In this document: positions 12,645-52,395 of the stretch, in pieces
How the letters are laid out: every line of letters starts with the position of its first letter
Position numbering within the stretch: position 1 is the first letter of the stretch
The notes under the pieces: model-generated
The model's input: the letters and a program-made list of their open reading frames with translations, nothing else
Databases searched by the model: none
What the model was told of the DNA's origin: nothing
Translations under genes and position numbers: made by a program
Assembly: GCA_963693365.1 (NCBI GenBank)
Contig: CAVNZM010000005.1
Location: 2,222,342-2,286,341, forward strand
Reading direction: 5' to 3'
From: Amoebidium appalachense
Taxonomy: Eukaryota; Protista; Ichthyosporea
DNA: 64,000 bases

Positions 12645-14035
12645 CTTATACACACCTGTGCACCCAGGGCGACAGCAAACAGGAGCAGAACGACCTGCCA
12701 GGTCCTCGTTCCACCACCAGAACCAACCTTTCGGGAACCCATATTGTGTATTGTGTGGGCAAATGATCATGATCATCTCAACAACGCCGTTACGTGGCTA
12801 CGCGAAGTACTTTTGAGAAGCACAAGTGCTTGGTTTGTTTCAGTACGTTTAATGAGTGCCCCCGTTACGTTTTACTGGGTGGGTGCCATAGCTGCCCAAA
12901 ACGCATTGCCCGGCTCGCTGCAAACAGCGCAACGATCTAGACAATTGGTACCGAGATAGGCAAAAATTCTCCAAGCGCATATTGAGACCTCCAAAGTAGT
13001 CAAACTTTGTACCCCAAAAGTTCAAATTACAGTATTTGTCCCAGGTATCCGTTCTCCGTTCGTTATCGGGGCTATAAACACCCACTTATTTGCCCTTCAA
13101 AATCCGTGTCAGCGATTGGGCAAAAGCGTTTTTATCGTTTACTCTCCTCCCATTAGCCAATCAAATAGCATATATTCGCAACTACCGGGTATGTACCGTC
13201 GGCCTCCCCTCACCTCCCCCCCTCCACGTCCGGATCTTTCGAACCCTACTCCTATTTGATCTCGTGGAGTAGAAAGGAGCCTACCGGCCCCAACGAAACA
13301 GGAGCAACAAATAAGGAGATTACGTGAAATCTTCTGCTTTGGCTCTAATTTCCTTCAGTTTAGTTTGGCAGTATACACATGTCAGAGCCACACTGGCAGC
13401 TGCATCACCGTACCAATCACAAACACGAATAGATTTGGATAGATCTTCGATGATGGCGTTCAGCTGAGCGTCTGGGAAGTTGGGCCTCGCACACGAACTA
13501 GACCGTTCACATCCATATCATCAAGTTCCCAGACGGGGGCAGCACGTGCACCTAAGCCACTACTTTGCTGTACAAGGTCATGAGTACGCAAGGCGCACTG
13601 GCAATCGCACCTGCACGTGTGTATAAACTCACTGACTAGGCCTAGCTTCGCCATATGGGCCCAACCCGGCTGCCCGGTGGCTGGGGCCATCATGATCCGG
13701 GGCCCGTCCGGGTGACTGGCTGCCTGGGCCCGCGGCCGCTACACACACGTGGCACCTGTCACGGACACATCGCGGTGTACACACGCACAAACACAAGCTT
13801 GTACATCACCGTGACTGTGACACACACATGCACACACGTAGCTATTCACACGTGTGCATGCGGTAGCGCTCGAGAGAGAAAGAGTAGAGAGAATATCTGG
13901 AGGGAGAGGGGCCGGTGTGGGGGTAGCTTGTGGGGGTGGCCTGGGGGGGTGGGGAAAAGAGGGAGAGGGAAGGGGACTCATGGGGGGAGGGGCCCCCAGG
14001 GGAGATCTAGAGGAAGGGGGAGAGAGAGAGAGACT

Positions 14036-14039
<4 letters not shown>

Positions 14040-14082
<43 letters not shown>

Positions 14083-14185
14083 GGAGGGAGGGAGGGAGGG
14101 AGGGAGGGAGGGAGGGAGGGAGGGAGGGGGAGGGAGGGAAGGAGGGAGGGAGGGAGGGCGAGAGAGAGAGAGAGAGAGTGAGGGA

Positions 14186-14251
<66 letters not shown>

Positions 14252-14380
14252 AACACACACACACACACAACACACACACACACGCGCACACACACATACA
14301 GACACCGAGAGGCAGAGGGAGAGTGAGGGAGACGTAGGGAGAGGAAGGGAGGGGGGAGGGGGGGGGGGGAGGGAGAGGGA

Positions 14381-14433
<53 letters not shown>

Positions 14434-14566
14434 GGAGGGAGGGAAGGAGGGAGGGCCGGGGGGGGAGGGAGGGAGGGAGGGAGGGAGGGAGGGAGGGAGG
14501 GAGGGAGGGAGGGAGGGAAGGAGGGAGGGAGGGAGGGAGGGAGGGAGGGAGGGCGAGAGGGGGGGG

Positions 14567-14657
<91 letters not shown>

Positions 14658-14773
14658 ACAACACATACACACACACACGCATACACACACGCACACACAC
14701 ACACACACAAGAGAGAGAGTGTGTGTGAGGGAGAGATAGGGGGAGAGAGGGAGGGGGGGAGGGGAGGGGGGGG

Positions 14774-14811
<38 letters not shown>

Positions 14812-14917
14812 GGGGAGGGAGGGAGGGAGGGAGGGAGGGAGGGAGGGAGGGAGGGAGGGCGGAGGGAGGGAAGGAGGGAGGGAGGGAGGGCGAGAGAGAG
14901 AGAGAGAGAGTGAGGGA

Positions 14918-14981
<64 letters not shown>

Positions 14982-15107
14982 AACACACACACACACACAA
15001 CACACACACACACGCGCACACACACATACAGACACCGAGAGGCAGAGGGAGAGTGAGGGAGACGTAGGGAGAGGAAGGGAGGGGGAGGGGGGGGGGAGGG
15101 AGAGGGA

Positions 15108-15160
<53 letters not shown>

Positions 15161-15291
15161 GGAGGGAGGGAAGGAGGGAGGGCCCGGGGGGAGGGAGGGA
15201 GGGAGGGAGGGAGGGAGGGAGGGAGGGAGGGAGAGAGGGAGGGAAGGAGGGAGGGAGGGAGGGAGGGAGGGAGGGAGGGCGAGAGGGGGGC

Positions 15292-15342
<51 letters not shown>

Positions 15343-15343
15343 G

Positions 15344-15377
<34 letters not shown>

Positions 15378-15494
15378 ACAACACATACACACACACACGC
15401 ATACACACACGCACACACACACACACAGAGAGAGAGAGTGTGTGTGAGGGAGAGATAGGGGGAGAGAGGGAGGGGGGGAGGGGAGGGGGGGGGG

Positions 15495-15560
<66 letters not shown>
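14040..15560. repeat. Tandem duplication (~2 x 720-730 bp) of a compound (GA)n/(GGGA)n/(CA)n microsatellite block
   Basis: Anchors CAGACACCGAGAGGCAGAGGGAGAGTGAGGGAGACGTAGGGA at ~14299 and ~15029, and GCACAACACATACAC at ~14656 and ~15376. Confidence 0.85.
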
Positions 15561-15566
<6 letters not shown>

Positions 15567-16206
15567 GGTTTTTGTCTCAGAAGTTCTTTCCCTTATTTTC
15601 TTTTCTTTCTTTTTTTTCCTTTTAATTTTTTTTAAATTTTTTTTTTGGGGGGGGGGGAGGGGGGGGAGGGGGGCTTCGTGTTATACTAGTTTTAGGGTGT
15701 TCTGTTTTTATTTTTTTTTGGCACGTGCACTTACACGCCTATAGCTCTCGTAAAGACGTAAAACCAAAAAAACCCCTTAGTTCTACTCAATGTGTACATG
15801 CATGAGCCACTCTTTTTCTCATTTTTCCAAGTTATTCCTCCAATTTATACGTGATGTTACCCGACTACCGTGAACTGTTACGCTAAAAATTATCTTCGCT
15901 ATCCCAAATCATCTACTAGGGTTATCTCAGATTTAGACATTTACCCTACTTATGTATACTATCGCAAAGTACAAATCATTATTCTTTACAGAAATTGGCA
16001 CCCGAACGGCCACACTCTACACACACAAGAAAAAAAGATACATCGAAACGCTAAAGGCATTATAGAAAGCAAAGACCACGTAACAGAAAGGTATTTATTA
16101 GCCCGGGCTTTATTCCTTCATTACACAGGTAATCAACCACCTAGTGTTTTACTCCCTCCCTCCCCCCACCCCCTCCCCCGCCTTGCCCTCCCCCCCCCCC
16201 AACACA

Positions 16207-16273
<67 letters not shown>

Positions 16274-16388
16274 CTTCCGCCTCGCTCTACTGATCACTCA
16301 CACTCTGGCCAGAAACTGTCGAAAGATAAAACGATTATGTGGATTGAACCCAACACCTGCAAGTGACCATTTGCATGATGTCAGGTTT

Positions 16389-28877
<12,489 letters not shown>

Positions 28878-29866
28878 TTTCTCTTTGCTCTCTACACCAC
28901 CCTTGGCAACAGTGCTTGTGTGCGTGTGGGTGTGTTCCTTCCAGACTTGCCAACACAGTGTGGGTGTGCCTCGAAAAGTGCGTGCGCCATGGCCTGCTGA
29001 GCGATAGTCTACAATAAGAAATCTCTAAGGATACGCTTTAGAATATAGCAGGCTGTGATGGCTTATATAATTGCGTCATAGCCGAAGACTAACACTTCTT
29101 TTGCCATTGAATGGAGAGTGATGTGATTGGTGCGAGGTTTAGCCAATCACTGGCAAAAAGCCGTATTTGGTTATTCCCAAACCTACCGATATTGGGGTTC
29201 ATACTCAAAATCTCTAAATTTCTGGTCAGACTCTGGCCATGCGACTGACTGGGTACCGGCAACCATCGGTTAAACTTCCGGATCGGTACTTTTCTTTTTA
29301 GTAAATAAATATCTCTTCTTTCTATCATGAATATTGATAATTTTGCATCATGCTCAAATAAATTTTATTAGTTACCTCTAATGTCGTGGGAATGTTTTGC
29401 CCTGAAATATAATGAATTGGTCGGTACACTGATGTTGCAAAAGACTGTGCAAGCGCTATGCATGCGCAGATCGATCACAATCTTTTGCCAGGCCTGTCCT
29501 TCTTGATGACGGTCCATGTTGGAACACATTGTAGGCATACCTTGGTAGGCTCCTTTCTGGGAATATTATAGGGTACGTATATATTATTAAAACATCAAGG
29601 ACTGGCCACAGTGCCCAGACCTGCCTGTGACATGCGTGGACGGTACCCGACGGTCACAGCGTGGAACGCCATTGCCAAATCTGAAGTCATTGGACCCCAC
29701 TCTTGGAGTATAGGAGGAACATAGATGACATCAAAAAGCGTCACCGTGTGTAGCCCTTTGTGGCCCACGGTCTGAAGGTGTGGGGCGGCCGCCGGGGGTG
29801 AATGTGATGACTGATGAGAGAGCGTGTGGTGGTGGTGGTGGTGGTGGTGGTGGTGGTGGTGGTGGT

Positions 29867-29913
<47 letters not shown>

Positions 29914-30410
29914 ATGTATCAAGGCCTCTTATAGGAGGCCTTGGTATGTATGGGGTCCTGGCCCGGCCTCTCGAGCGCTTGGTGCATCCACGCATCGCCT
30001 TGCATCGACACGTGTTCGGCGGCTGGGTCCGTGATGGATGTGCACATGATGTGGATCGTGGTGGCGTGTGTGCATGTACGTGGTGTGTGCGTGTGTGTGT
30101 CTGGCGGGGAGGGGAAGGGGGGGCTGGGGGGTGGGGGAGGGAGGGAGGTGGCATGTATGTGACGTACGACATGTAAACCGTTGCAATTTTGCATACCTCA
30201 ACGCAGACAGCAGAAAAAGAACTTAGCTGTAGACGAGCTATGTACATGCATGATGTGCATGATCAGTGTTATACCAAATGCTTTGCACGTGGATTTTCGA
30301 GCCTGGCGTGTCGCGAGTCAAAGAGTTGGCCCCATGGGGACTGGGGAATAAGCTTCGGGTGAAGGTGGAGAGACCCCGGGGGGGGGGGGGGGGGGGGGGG
30401 GGGGGTGGAC

Positions 30411-30490
30411 TTTGCAGCCATGCTGAGGCCCTCCTTTGAAAATGTTTTTGTCTTCATTTCTCTCTCGACGACCTTAAATCTTTCCATTTG
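30411..30490 (-). pseudogene. CNOT3: Orphan exon of CCR4-NOT subunit CNOT3/Not3 (N-terminal domain fragment)
   Basis: After a CTCTGCAG acceptor it reads [27 protein letters not shown], closely matching the conserved CNOT3 segment [22 protein letters not shown] as I recall it. It runs into a poly-C tract, and I recognised no other CNOT3 exons in the window. Confidence 0.75.
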
Positions 30491-30692
30491 CTGCAGAGCC
30501 CAACCATCAGTTGAGCCACACACTCACTGGGTCCACCTCCCTCCATGCAGCACACAGAACAGGAGAGGGACAATAAAAATGCTACTAGTTGAGCGCCAGC
30601 TGCAAGCGTGAGAAGGGATCTTGAGGACCTTGAATAATCCAGCTGACCACACCTAGAAAGCTTCAGGTGACATACCAGCTGAAACACACTGA

Positions 30693-31180
30693 AGGGTTCA
30701 ACAACGTTATAAAGCAGAGTTATCTTGCAGCGAGCTGAAATATTCTGGATAAATCTGCGGAGTTATTATTCTGCTTGAGAACTGATTGCGACAGAATTTT
30801 AGCAGAATTTGCCGGATAATATTATTCTGCTTGGTTTTTTTCCCAGCTTTTAGCAGAATTTTGCTGCAAAAGCAGAATTTATCTGCTAAAAGCAGATTCC
30901 AAAAGCAGGATATATAATATGCTAAAAGCAAATTATTCTGTTAAAGAAGAATTGGCGAAAAGGCAGGCTTTTTCTAGGGCACCGAGCAGAATAAATCTGC
31001 TACAGTACAGCAAAACTCAGGTTTTTGCAGAAAATATTTGTGCATAATCTTTCTGCTCAAAGCAAAACAAGTCTGCAAAAAGCAGAATTGTTCTGCGCAC
31101 GGCAACAGAATGAACTTGCTTCAATTTTGCAGAATAATTCTGCTCGGAGAAGTTGACTCTGCCCGGATATGGTTGGGCTC
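30693..31180. mobile_element. Foldback/MITE-like element, degenerate copy (GCAGAAT..ATTCTGC arrays)
   Basis: Right end TTCTGCTCGGAGAAGTTGACTCTGCCCGGATATGGTTGGGC matches the right end of the 51036-51500 element; degenerate left TIR; same internal palindromic units. Confidence 0.75.
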
Positions 31181-31536
31181 TAAAGGTGGCCTGTCGGATG
31201 GTGGGGCTGCAATGGGACAGCGGAAGCGAGGGTGGAAGGGACCGGGGGGAGGGGGGAGGGGGGTTGCACTGCATGGGCCCCCCCGGGGGGGGGGGGGGGG
31301 GTGGCTTGTAGCCATCACTTTATTTGCTCCGTGCACACACACACAGCCACTTTTCTCGCTCCTTTCGTCCCTCACTATCACTACCCCCCCCCCCCCCCTC
31401 TCCTCCCCCCCCCCTTTTGGGGCAGCCTCTTGCCTCCGACCATCTTTTTTTAATTTCAATGCCTTGTACACCAATCAGGTGTTACTACATCATCATGATA
31501 GGTGCCTCCATCTCTTGGGTCGGCACTCTCCCGTCC

Positions 31537-31592
<56 letters not shown>

Positions 31593-31930
31593 CCCCGTCC
31601 CCCCACCTCCCCCTCTCCATCCGCGGTCCAGTCTCTCTATTGGGGCCTTACGGGCATGCATGTATCACCAAAACACACGGCATGTCCAAATGCAGACAAA
31701 TGCATGCTTGGCAGACACAAGCAGACACAGTACACTCAAGGTGCTTACAGCATGCGGATATAAACCAACGTTTGCAAAGAACGCGCACGCGCGCACACAC
31801 ACACGCGCGCGCCCACATGCACACACACACACACACACATACACAGATGCACATACTAGTACACACATCATGACACACGGTCATATACTATGTGTACGCC
31901 GTAAGAAAGCACCGTGACGGGAGAGAGAGA

Positions 31931-32046
<116 letters not shown>

Positions 32047-32864
32047 GGGGGCAGAGGTAGAGGGAGAGAGAGAGAGGGAGGCAGGGAAGGAGGGGGGGAG
32101 GGAGGGGGGACGGGGGGAGGGAGAGGAGGCCCTGAGGGAGGTGGGGAGGGAGGGAATGGGTGAGGGAGGGAGGAGAAGAGGGAGGGAGGGAGGGAGGGAG
32201 CGAGGGAGCGAGGGAGGGAGGGAGGGAGGGAGTGAATGAGGGAGGGAGGGAGGGAGGGAGGGAGGGAGGGAGGGAGGGAGGGAGGGAGGGAGGGAGGGAG
32301 AAGGGAGAGAGGCAGGGAGAGAGAGGCAGTCACAGCGCATGAGCTGTGGCTCTGCAGCTGCGCATCACAACGCCTCGGCCTCCTCAACTCCTCCAAAGCA
32401 AACCGGCAACGGGCACAAACCTCGGGAGTACGAAGTCAGATTACGTAACCTGATCATGAGTGCGGTCGGATCACATTCACGCGTACGGCCGCGCCCTCCG
32501 AGTTGTTCACACAGTCAGATCTAGAGGGCCGTGATGCCGGCTCGCGCACTTCCACGTGTGCCCGAAGTGGGCGAGAACAATAAGTCTGTTCATATAAACT
32601 GGGGTAGGGCTACGGGGAGTGGGTTCAAGCTAGGCCGGAATCTACTCTCAATGCAGCTTTCCCGTAAAAACTGGGGCGGGCGAAATGGCACCATCTTTGT
32701 GGCACAGGATCGAACTTCATATTCCCCATGAACAGTCTCGTAACAACAACCTAACAATAACCAGTAGGACGTGCTGGTGTTCAAGACACGACCAAACCCA
32801 AATTATTTTGCCAGCATGTGAAACACACTAATTTACCATTAAGACATAGCAAGTTGCTGGTATT

Positions 32865-42182
<9,318 letters not shown>

Positions 42183-42365
42183 ACAGGAAGGGCCTGTGGT
42201 GGTTTGAATGACACACATGTGCTCGTACAACTAGGTTAACACCGTGCACTCTGGTATTGATGCGCGCGCACACACATATACACGTGCACACACACATACA
42301 CGTGCACACAGGCACACACGCACACATTCATACATATACACATGGGCACACGCACACGCGCGCGT

Positions 42366-42436
<71 letters not shown>

Positions 42437-42957
42437 TACACACACACAAACACATGATCATGTTGAGCACACCAGCGATACTGACATCATTGTGTACTAT
42501 GATCCACTCTTGTACGCGCTTTAGACTCGTAGACAATCGTAGTAAACGTATGTCCGGATCCACTTAGTAACATAATATTTAATTTGCGCCAGCTTTGTGA
42601 TTTGTAGTCATGAATGGTGTGTTTTTTTCTTAGAGCTCAACACTGAAAGGAAGCCCATGAGTGTGACAAGAGAGTTTATGTATGGCACATATATATTTTT
42701 TGGTATATGTGGCCACTGCTACAGACTAGTACTAATAGTAGACAGGAAAGGTCATTCAACTTTGTAGGCCATGCGTATGTACCGTGATACATGCGGCCAA
42801 AGTTTCGAATTCGAAGTTTGGACGCTTTTGAGGCCAATGCAAAAAAAGAAGAGCCAGCTAACTCTAGTCTTAAGAGACAGGCTCTGAACATGGTGATGAA
42901 CCCTCTTGTTGTTGTTTGGTGTTGTACGATGTTCTGTTGTTGAAGTTCACCGGATGC

Positions 42958-42998
<41 letters not shown>

Positions 42999-43034
42999 GG
43001 GAGGGGGAAGTATGGACAGGAGAGGTACGGTCAA

Positions 43035-43067
<33 letters not shown>

Positions 43068-44591
43068 GCAGCGCAGAATGATGTCATGTTATGCAGGCTT
43101 GCCCGGGCCTCCAGGGGATTGTTTGAGCCAATCGGAGGGCAGTGCTACCCGAGAGCCATTTCTAATTGGTATTCCCGCACAAAAGAGGGGTAAAATGGAA
43201 TTGTATCATTAGAGAAATTAATAGACAATATGCAGGGATATTTATACACTAATAGTCATCTTTTTTTTTTTATGATCAAAAACAATACTTAATCTTTTTA
43301 TAAGTCAAAATCAAAGCAGTAGCGAAGTAAACCCGTGAATATCGCCCCTGTAGAAAAGGGCTTTCTTTGCACCAATTTCGAATCAGCAGGCGTTTGCCCA
43401 ATCACGAGCATCTTAGCTATTTATTATTTAGTTATTACCAAAAATAAGCACGTAAGAATCAAGCCGCCAATAGAAGCCAAGGCAGTATAGATTGCAAGTA
43501 TTTACCATGCTCCGAGTCTTTTGACTCAAAACTTCGAAGGCCATACATTACACTGCACTGTGAAAATTATTTTCTAATATGCTATGCAAGTAAAATCGAA
43601 TGTGCATAGCCTAGCAGTGCTTTTACTTAGATCTTCTTTCAGGCAACACGTGTTTGATTATCGCTTTTGATATCAGGATCTTGAGCATGCATGAGATGAC
43701 AATCCCCCTGGAACTGACAAAACCGGATGAAATGTTTAGAAAAGGGCAAAAGGAAACCATACCAGTGGCAGTATTAGTATACATACTGCTTCAAGTGCTA
43801 CAAATTGTTAGTTAAAACTCGTGTTTAATTTAGTTTTAGTATATTGTCTTATATTTTGACTTATTAGGGGTTAAATAGGAGTGAACAAAGAGATTCCGTT
43901 TATCTGTTGCATTATGCAACTTAACATTCGGTTTATAAAACCCCATTTGTAGTCGTAGGAGATCAGACCCTGGAACAGCCATTTGATTGGTCCTTCAGCT
44001 AGTATATAGCGGGCTTGCATACTGCTGCAAGCTTTCACACCGTGGCCGTCTTATCATAATTGCTTGCATGGTTGTAACGTAGTCGCGTTTTTTCCTTGCT
44101 GGCTATAGCTCCCACCCAAAGCGAAAAAAACGTACACAGTTTTACGTTGCAGGCCAGGTATAAACGTATTGTAGCTAGGAACGAGCGTAGGCGTAGAGCA
44201 GTGTTTGCACTTCACTGATAAGGATAAAGCGGACTTTCATAGCTAGACGACAAAACCTTCACGGTGCACCATCGGTGCAGATCATTCACAGTTTGAAACC
44301 CTTGGTACAATGAGGTATAGTGCATAGGAGGAAGTTTGGCGTTTCGTCTACGTAACATTATAGTTGCTTCTGGTCCCTGTGAAATTCATATACCCTTGTC
44401 TTGCTTAATCAACATCACAACAGAGAATTCGAAACACATAGCAGCACTCCACATATTCTTCCTGCTTCACTAGCGAATTACATCTGCGAATGGTTACTTG
44501 TCCGCTCTGCACCTTTCCATACCTATACCTCAGGCCTTTCCATATCTTCTCTTTCGTGCCTATCAGGTAGCTAGCTCGTGAACCTCACACC

Positions 44592-47991
<3,400 letters not shown>

Positions 47992-48700
47992 GCGCGGTAA
48001 GATGGTCTGATCAAGTTTTAACTTCAGCCACATCATTGTTGTAGGTATATGTAGGGGTTTGTCCGGGATTTACCGTGTCTTGAGTAGGGTAATTCTGGTG
48101 AGGGCTGATATCTTCCGTTTTTCTTTAGTCGAATGATGTAGGCAACAGTATCTCTTCTGCTTTCTTTGCTCCCCCCTTCTGTTCATAGGTTTATTTGTAT
48201 ATACACAGTATTGTAGCTAGGTCCCGAGGTTTGGTGTGGTTTTCTCCCACTGGTCTATTGAAAAAGTAACTATGCGGGTTGTTACCCCAAACTAGGGGAC
48301 ACAACTACCTGAATGTGCGGATGTTCTGTTCATATCCGGTGATGGTACCAGAACTTCAGTATATCCCGTCCCGTAAATTGTATATCTCCCATATATTGGA
48401 ACATAATTTCTCGTAGGCACGGCGTATTTTCTGCATATCTCACCCGACATGTTTGGGTCCTTATTTCATAAATTGAAATTCTGCATATCTAGCCTGAGAT
48501 ATTTGGGCTCTTTGAGTTGGTGGCCGCTGGTAGGCCCACGAAGATGATTGGTGCGGGGCCTGGTGTCTCGCCCAATAATGTGCCACGGTGCCGGTACAAG
48601 GCAGAATGGTCCTGGTTACGGCCCGGCACAAATGAAAATAGAATCACATTGTATGCTGGATCGTGAGGATTGTGTCTAAGTGGCTGATTAGTCACAGTTT

Positions 48701-48776
<76 letters not shown>

Positions 48777-48792
48777 ACCACCACCACCACCA

Positions 48793-48827
<35 letters not shown>

Positions 48828-49078
48828 ACCACCGGGGTACCGGTCACCACCACCACCACAATGCCGTCCTTTAGGCTGTTTCTAAGGCCACGTTTCGATT
48901 GTAACAACCATGCAATAGCCATTGAGCTGCATGTCTCCATCGATATAAACTTAGCACATACTGAGATTCTAACTTACCCTTTGCACGGTTGATCAGAGCT
49001 TCACACTTTGACAGTCCCACCCAGCATCCATATTTCTACTTTTTTGTTTGTTTTGTGTGTATGTGTGTGTGTGTAGTA

Positions 49079-49137
<59 letters not shown>

Positions 49138-49191
49138 GTGTGTGTGTACATATATTGCTTCTGTGATTCATAGATTGCAAGGTTGACAAAG

Positions 49192-49236
<45 letters not shown>

Positions 49237-49278
49237 CCCCCCCACATACACACACACCCCGCCGCATGCACAAAAAAA

Positions 49279-49434
49279 AGAGAGAGAGCTCTAGAGAGAG
49301 AGAGAGCTCTAGAGAGAGAGAGAGAGAGCTCTAGATAGAGAGAGAGCTCTGAGAGAGAGAGAGAGAGAGAGAGCTCTAGAGAGAGAGAGAGAGCTCTAGT
49401 TAGAGAGAGAGCTCAGTCTAGAGAGAGAGAGAGT

Positions 49435-49531
<97 letters not shown>

Positions 49532-49545
49532 AGAAGAGATAGAGA
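49279..49545. repeat. Compound microsatellite: (GA)n punctuated by AGAGCTCT(A), then (TA)n-(TG)n-(GA)n
   Basis: About six AGAGCTCT palindromes embedded in GA runs at 49285-49400. Confidence 0.85.
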
Positions 49546-50976
49546 GAGAAAAAGAGAAGAGAGAGAGCAAAGCTTTCTTCTGTGAGCTCTTGGAAAGAAA
49601 TGAAGAAAGGAGAACAGAAAGAAAATAAAGAGCACTTACGGCATGCTAGCAAAATCGAAAGAATTACAAAAGAAAGAAAGAACTTCGGGAAAAAACATTT
49701 ATAGCCATGCACACTAAAAACACCTTTTTTCCCAGCCACACACAAATACACGTCTTTGCATGTAAACACCCAAGCATGCATGCCACAATGCATGAAGGCA
49801 AGCCTGCCAGGGATCATGATGACACACTCGTGCGGCGTATATTAGTGCTCAGTCTACGACCACACATTCCGGGTGAGTACATGTACAGGCACACGTGCAC
49901 ACCGGCCCGGGCGTCCGGGGCCACGGGGGCCCCTAGTCCCCGGCACCCACCCATCCCCCCCTTCCCCCGTCTCCCACTCCCAGCCACAAGTACTCCACAA
50001 CCAGCTCCGAGCCCGAACTAGCCTGATGAATTCAAGCTGTCCTCCATAATATTATATACTGTGAGTCAATGTATATGTTATGTGTGTGTTTGTACACACT
50101 GTGCACATGTGTGCGTGTGCGCGCATGCGTGTACAAAAGGAGGGGGGAGGAACGGGGGGGCGGATGATAAGAAAGGGGAAAGGGGGGGGGGGGGGGGGGG
50201 AGGAGGGGAGGGGGATGAAGGCACAGTGGGGGGAGGGGAAGGTGGAAGGAGGGGGAGGGGGGGGGGGGGGGGGGGAGGGGGGAGGGGGGGAGGGGGGGGG
50301 GGATCTTTTAATGAAACTCAGAAGTTCAACCCGACAAACGAACTTGAAACCATGGGCCTGGGCCTGGTATGTGGAGGGGTTTAAAAAATTTACTCGAGGC
50401 CCTCATGAAACAACACACAGAGGCCAGTTTCAGGTATTGCGCCAAGGGGTCGGGGGAGGGGGGGGGGGGGGGGGGGGGGTCAGGTAGTTGGGGGGAAAAT
50501 TAAGGGGGTGGGGGTCTCAGGTATTTGGGGGAAATTAACGGGGGGGGTGGGGGTCTCAGGATTTGAGTGGAATATTAAACTGAGTGACACGTGTGCATGC
50601 ACGTCAAGCAGTGTACACATGTTCCACACACACCCAAGCTTCACCACTCTATCGGCCACACATTACATAATGCAAATTGATTAGTACCGTTGACCTGCCC
50701 CTCACCCCCCTCCCCCTCCTCCCTCCCCCTCCTCCCTCCCCCTCCCCCGCCAGGGGAATGCAAGTCATAACTAACGAGCATACCACAAGTTAAACTTCAA
50801 GTTACGAATATCTCGTGAGCTTCCAAACTATACAGCCGGGGTCAAGTTCACTGGTAAGACTGGCAGGTAAATTATGGATAGAGCTCGGCTACTGAGATCT
50901 TAAGGTTCCTGGGCTGCAGTGGCAGGGTTCGTTCCTACTACTACTTACCCCCCCCCCCCCCCCCCCCCCCCCACCT

Positions 50977-51030
<54 letters not shown>

Positions 51031-51035
51031 AAAAG

Positions 51036-51500
51036 GGCCCAACCACATCAGCAGAGTCAACTTCCAAAGAGCAGAATCATTCTGCAAAAAGAAGAATAAT
51101 TCTGCTTGAAGCAGAACTGTTCTGCAAAAAGCAGAAATTATTCTGCAAAAGCAGAGTTATTCTGAAAAAAAAGCAGAATTGTTCTTTGAAAAGCAGAATT
51201 AGTATGCTTTGAGCCGAAACGATCTGCTTTTAGCAGAATTATTCGGTAAAAAGCAGAGTTATTCTGCTAAGTTGACAACAGGTTAATTCTGCTCTTGGCA
51301 GATTAATACTGCTTTTAGCAGATTGATTCTGCTGTTCGCAGATTATTCCGTTTTTAGCAGAATAATTCTGCTTTTGCAGAATAATCCTGCTTTTGCTAAA
51401 TAACTCTGCTTGTAGCAGAATTATTCAGCTGCAGAACGATTCTGCTTTTTGCACAATAATTCTGCTCGGAGAAGGTTGACTCAGCCGATGTGGTTGGGCC
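51036..51500. mobile_element. Foldback/MITE-like element with ~60-bp imperfect TIRs and an internal array of ~21-bp palindromes (AAGCAGAATTATTCTGCTT-like)
   Basis: Left GGCCCAACCACATCAGCAGAGTCAAC vs rc of right GGCCCAACCACATCGGCTGAGTCAAC; target-site duplication not resolvable in the A-rich flanks. Confidence 0.85.
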
Positions 51501-51541
51501 TTTAAAAAAAAGGCCTGCACATACACACACACACGCGCGCG

Positions 51542-51652
<111 letters not shown>

Positions 51653-51653
51653 A

Positions 51654-51697
<44 letters not shown>

Positions 51698-51919
51698 CAC
51701 AACCTCCCTCCCCCCCCCCCCCCCCCCCCCGCCCCCCTTCCACACATACACGGCGTGCGCAAAAAGGTGCATATGTCCCAATGCTACACTCACCGTACTC
51801 GCATCCCAAATCCCCCCCACACAATTTCACTCAGACTTGTGGCAAACAAACATGATGCCTTTCCGTCTTGCGCCGCCCAGGGAGGAACAACCCCATGTAA
51901 ATACTACCCTGAAAAGAAA

Positions 51920-51952
<33 letters not shown>

Positions 51953-52364
51953 ACCACCTTTTTTTTTTTTTTTCTTTTTTTGTGCCGGTCAGCGTTTGGC
52001 CTTCCGGTCGTTGGACCCCCCCCCCCCCCCCCCCCATTTCAATACACTGGTTGCTACACAGGCGGCCATTAACATCAACCCCACCTTCCCTTCTCATTAG
52101 CCCGTGAAGCCCCATGGCCTCCAGCCACTTAGAAGTACTCCTTCCACCCCTCCCCCCTCTCCCTCCCCCCCGGAGCCCCCGCACACCACTACAGGGCCGA
52201 TAGCTACCCCAACTAAATTCTCGCCCATTGTGGGCACCGTATTCCTGATCCCCCCCCCCCCCCCCCCCCCCTCTCCCCTCTCCATCCCGCCCCCACCCGC
52301 CCGCCCCCTCCCTTCGCCCCCCCTCCCCCCTCCCCCCCCCTCCCCCCCTCCCCCCCCCCCCCCC

Positions 52365-52395
<31 letters not shown>

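Noticed and set aside
51036-51500. CRISPR-like array of palindromic repeats
   Set aside because: No unique spacers, degenerate units, enclosing TIRs, eukaryotic context and no cas genes.
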